Assembly: GCA_030390025.1 (NCBI GenBank)
Contig: CM059431.1
Coordinates: 107,324,001 to 107,388,000 of the forward strand
Direction: 5' to 3'
Source: Squalus acanthias
Lineage: Eukaryota
DNA: 64,000 nt
Shown: in pieces, positions 62,084 through 64,000 of the stretch
Layout: each line of letters starts with the position of its first letter
Position numbering within the stretch: the first letter of the stretch is position 1
Translations under genes and position numbers: made by a program
Notes under the pieces: generated by a model
Told to the model about the DNA's origin: nothing
Databases searched by the model: none
Seen by the model: the letters and a program-made list of their open reading frames with translations, nothing else

Positions 62084-63743
62084 TGTAAGGGGTGACACGC
62101 CTGTGGCTCTGTGCTTAGCCTGGGTGCTAGTGCGAGGTTAGGCCTTGTTGCCTGTTCTGGTCTCCAGCCAGCCTGGTAGCACTAGACACCTGTGAGTGGT
62201 TCGACCCACTCGCCCTTACGGTTCTGACACTGGACTTAGGTGCGAGAGCAATGATGCAGAGAAAACTCAGGTAGACTCGGTTGAATAGTGCGAAATGGAA
62301 AATCTTTATTGCATATTATTCAAGATTACGAAATACATGTCATAAGCACAGATTAATGACAGTACAATCTTACACGCAGTTATGTTGCTAATTTTAGGGA
62401 AACGAGGAGCGCACGACACATCGTAAAAGGGGACACACATTACAATTATCCTTAAAACTTAAACCCTCCCCTATCAATACCTGTTCTAAACTAGATTTGT
62501 AGGATCGAGACTCATGCTCACCACTCGTGATAACTCGGAGAATTCCGAAACTCTGCTCGGATGTTTTTCCTGCAGCACCTGACCACCCACGTGTTGATCA
62601 GGGGTCTCTGTACCCCACTTGTTTACTCGTTTCTGCTCCGGCTAGCAGGCTGGACCGTCTGCTGTCGTGAAGATCTGTGTTGTCCTCGGAGTTCCGACAC
62701 GACTCAAAAAATAGTCTTCCTGTGCCCTCGCACCGATGCGATAAAACTCGAAGAATGGTCTTCCTGTGCCCTCATGCCAGTTTGTAAAACTCAAAGAATG
62801 GTCTTCCTGGGCAAGGAAAATGTTTATTCGACCTACAGGCGCGGTCGGGGCTTACTGACCGTGGCGATACGTATTGTCGTCTTCTTCTCTTCTCATCTCA
62901 TCTCATCTCATCTCATCTCATCTCATCTCAGGCCTTCGGTTCCAACACCGTTTACCGACTCCTCGGGATGGTGTGCCCGTTTCAAGGCTTCACAGCCCAG
63001 TTCTTCACAGATCTTCGCGGCAAGCCACGAGGTTGATCCTGGCGGATCAGAAAGTTCAATAGCCTTCCAGCAAGTCGAGCAGCAAGAGTCAGGATCCAAG
63101 AGTCAAGAGACAGATGGACGGTTGTACCTTACAGTTATAGTGCTGTAATTCCTCTTTTCCCGCCCAATCTTAATGTCTTTTCTTTTGTCAGGGTTTTGGC
63201 GCTCAAACTTCTTGTATAGGGTGATCTCCGTTTAATGGGTTTCGGTGATACTTGTAACTGCCTGAGTACCCGTTAATACTTCTCCCATTGTGTAACCGGT
63301 CAGTATTCTCCCTGGAGGGGTTTTTTGGGGCTTCCAAATGTTTCTGTAACTACCCGCAAACGGCTCTCTCATCGTAGAGTCGTGGGGATTTTGCATATTA
63401 ATGTCTTTGGATGGGTTCTTGATCGCTCGGTACAATAGCCCTTATTCGCACCTGGGAGACCGATTCCAGTATTTATGTGTAAAATGCAAACTCATTATGT
63501 CTTGTGAATTATCTCAAATGTGCTGAGTCTTGTCCGATCTCGCACAAATGTTTATTGGAACGCCATCTTGTCTGCTTATTGAAAAGTCTAGAACATTCTG
63601 CCACGAGGCGTGGCGGCCATTTTACAGGCTGCTTGTGTCCACTTTGAAAACCTGACAGCATTCTGCTGAAATAAAGCTGTTTGTACGAAACTATGTGTCT
63701 CCTCCTTATTATATAAAATCGCGATAATATTGCGAATTCTACA
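62084..63743 (-). mobile_element. Solo LTR (subfamily 2), 1660 bp
   Basis: TGTAAGG ... TTCTACA. Exact ATAT TSD (62080-83, 63744-47). AATAAA on the minus strand at 62310-05. Internal (TCTCA)n at about 62890-62929. Confidence 0.9.
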
Positions 63744-64000
63744 ATATATGTTTCTGACTTGATAGAAAAAGGCCTGGAGCCATTGAAACAAAGGATGACT
63801 CAGAATTTAGATTAGCTGTCCGAAGGATAAATCTATTGAATCTGTTATCCAAATTAGTTATGAGACAAGGGATGGGGGTTGCATGGGGTGGGGGGTTAGC
63901 ACCTTCCACAGATGTTTACATTTGTAATGTTCAATTGATTTCCATTCAGAGGCATCAGCAGGGGGCTTAGCTCAACAGGTGAAGGATACTTCTCATTCAA

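Overview
Eukaryotic genomic DNA made up mostly of transposable elements. The repeat set (DeuSINE/SacSINE1-type SINEs, several CR1 and L2 LINE families, Penelope-like fragments, abundant PIF/Harbinger elements) points to a cartilaginous fish, most likely a shark; this is inferred from repeat families, not a database match. I recognise no intact host gene, rRNA, tRNA or CRISPR array, so the window looks intronic or intergenic. Contents: two large decayed PIF/Harbinger transposons (DDE transposase plus spliced Myb/SANT gene); about 12 Harbinger-type MITEs or end fragments; many CR1/L2 fragments; one Vingi-like LINE fragment; two inverted Penelope-like elements with 15-bp TSDs and hammerhead-ribozyme cores; and four long (about 1.5-1.8 kb) solo LTRs in two related subfamilies. 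The LTRs are the most interesting item: all share a splice donor upstream of the poly(A) signal and an antisense B-box/T-loop-like hairpin near the 3' end. Boundaries were read by eye and may be off by a few bases.
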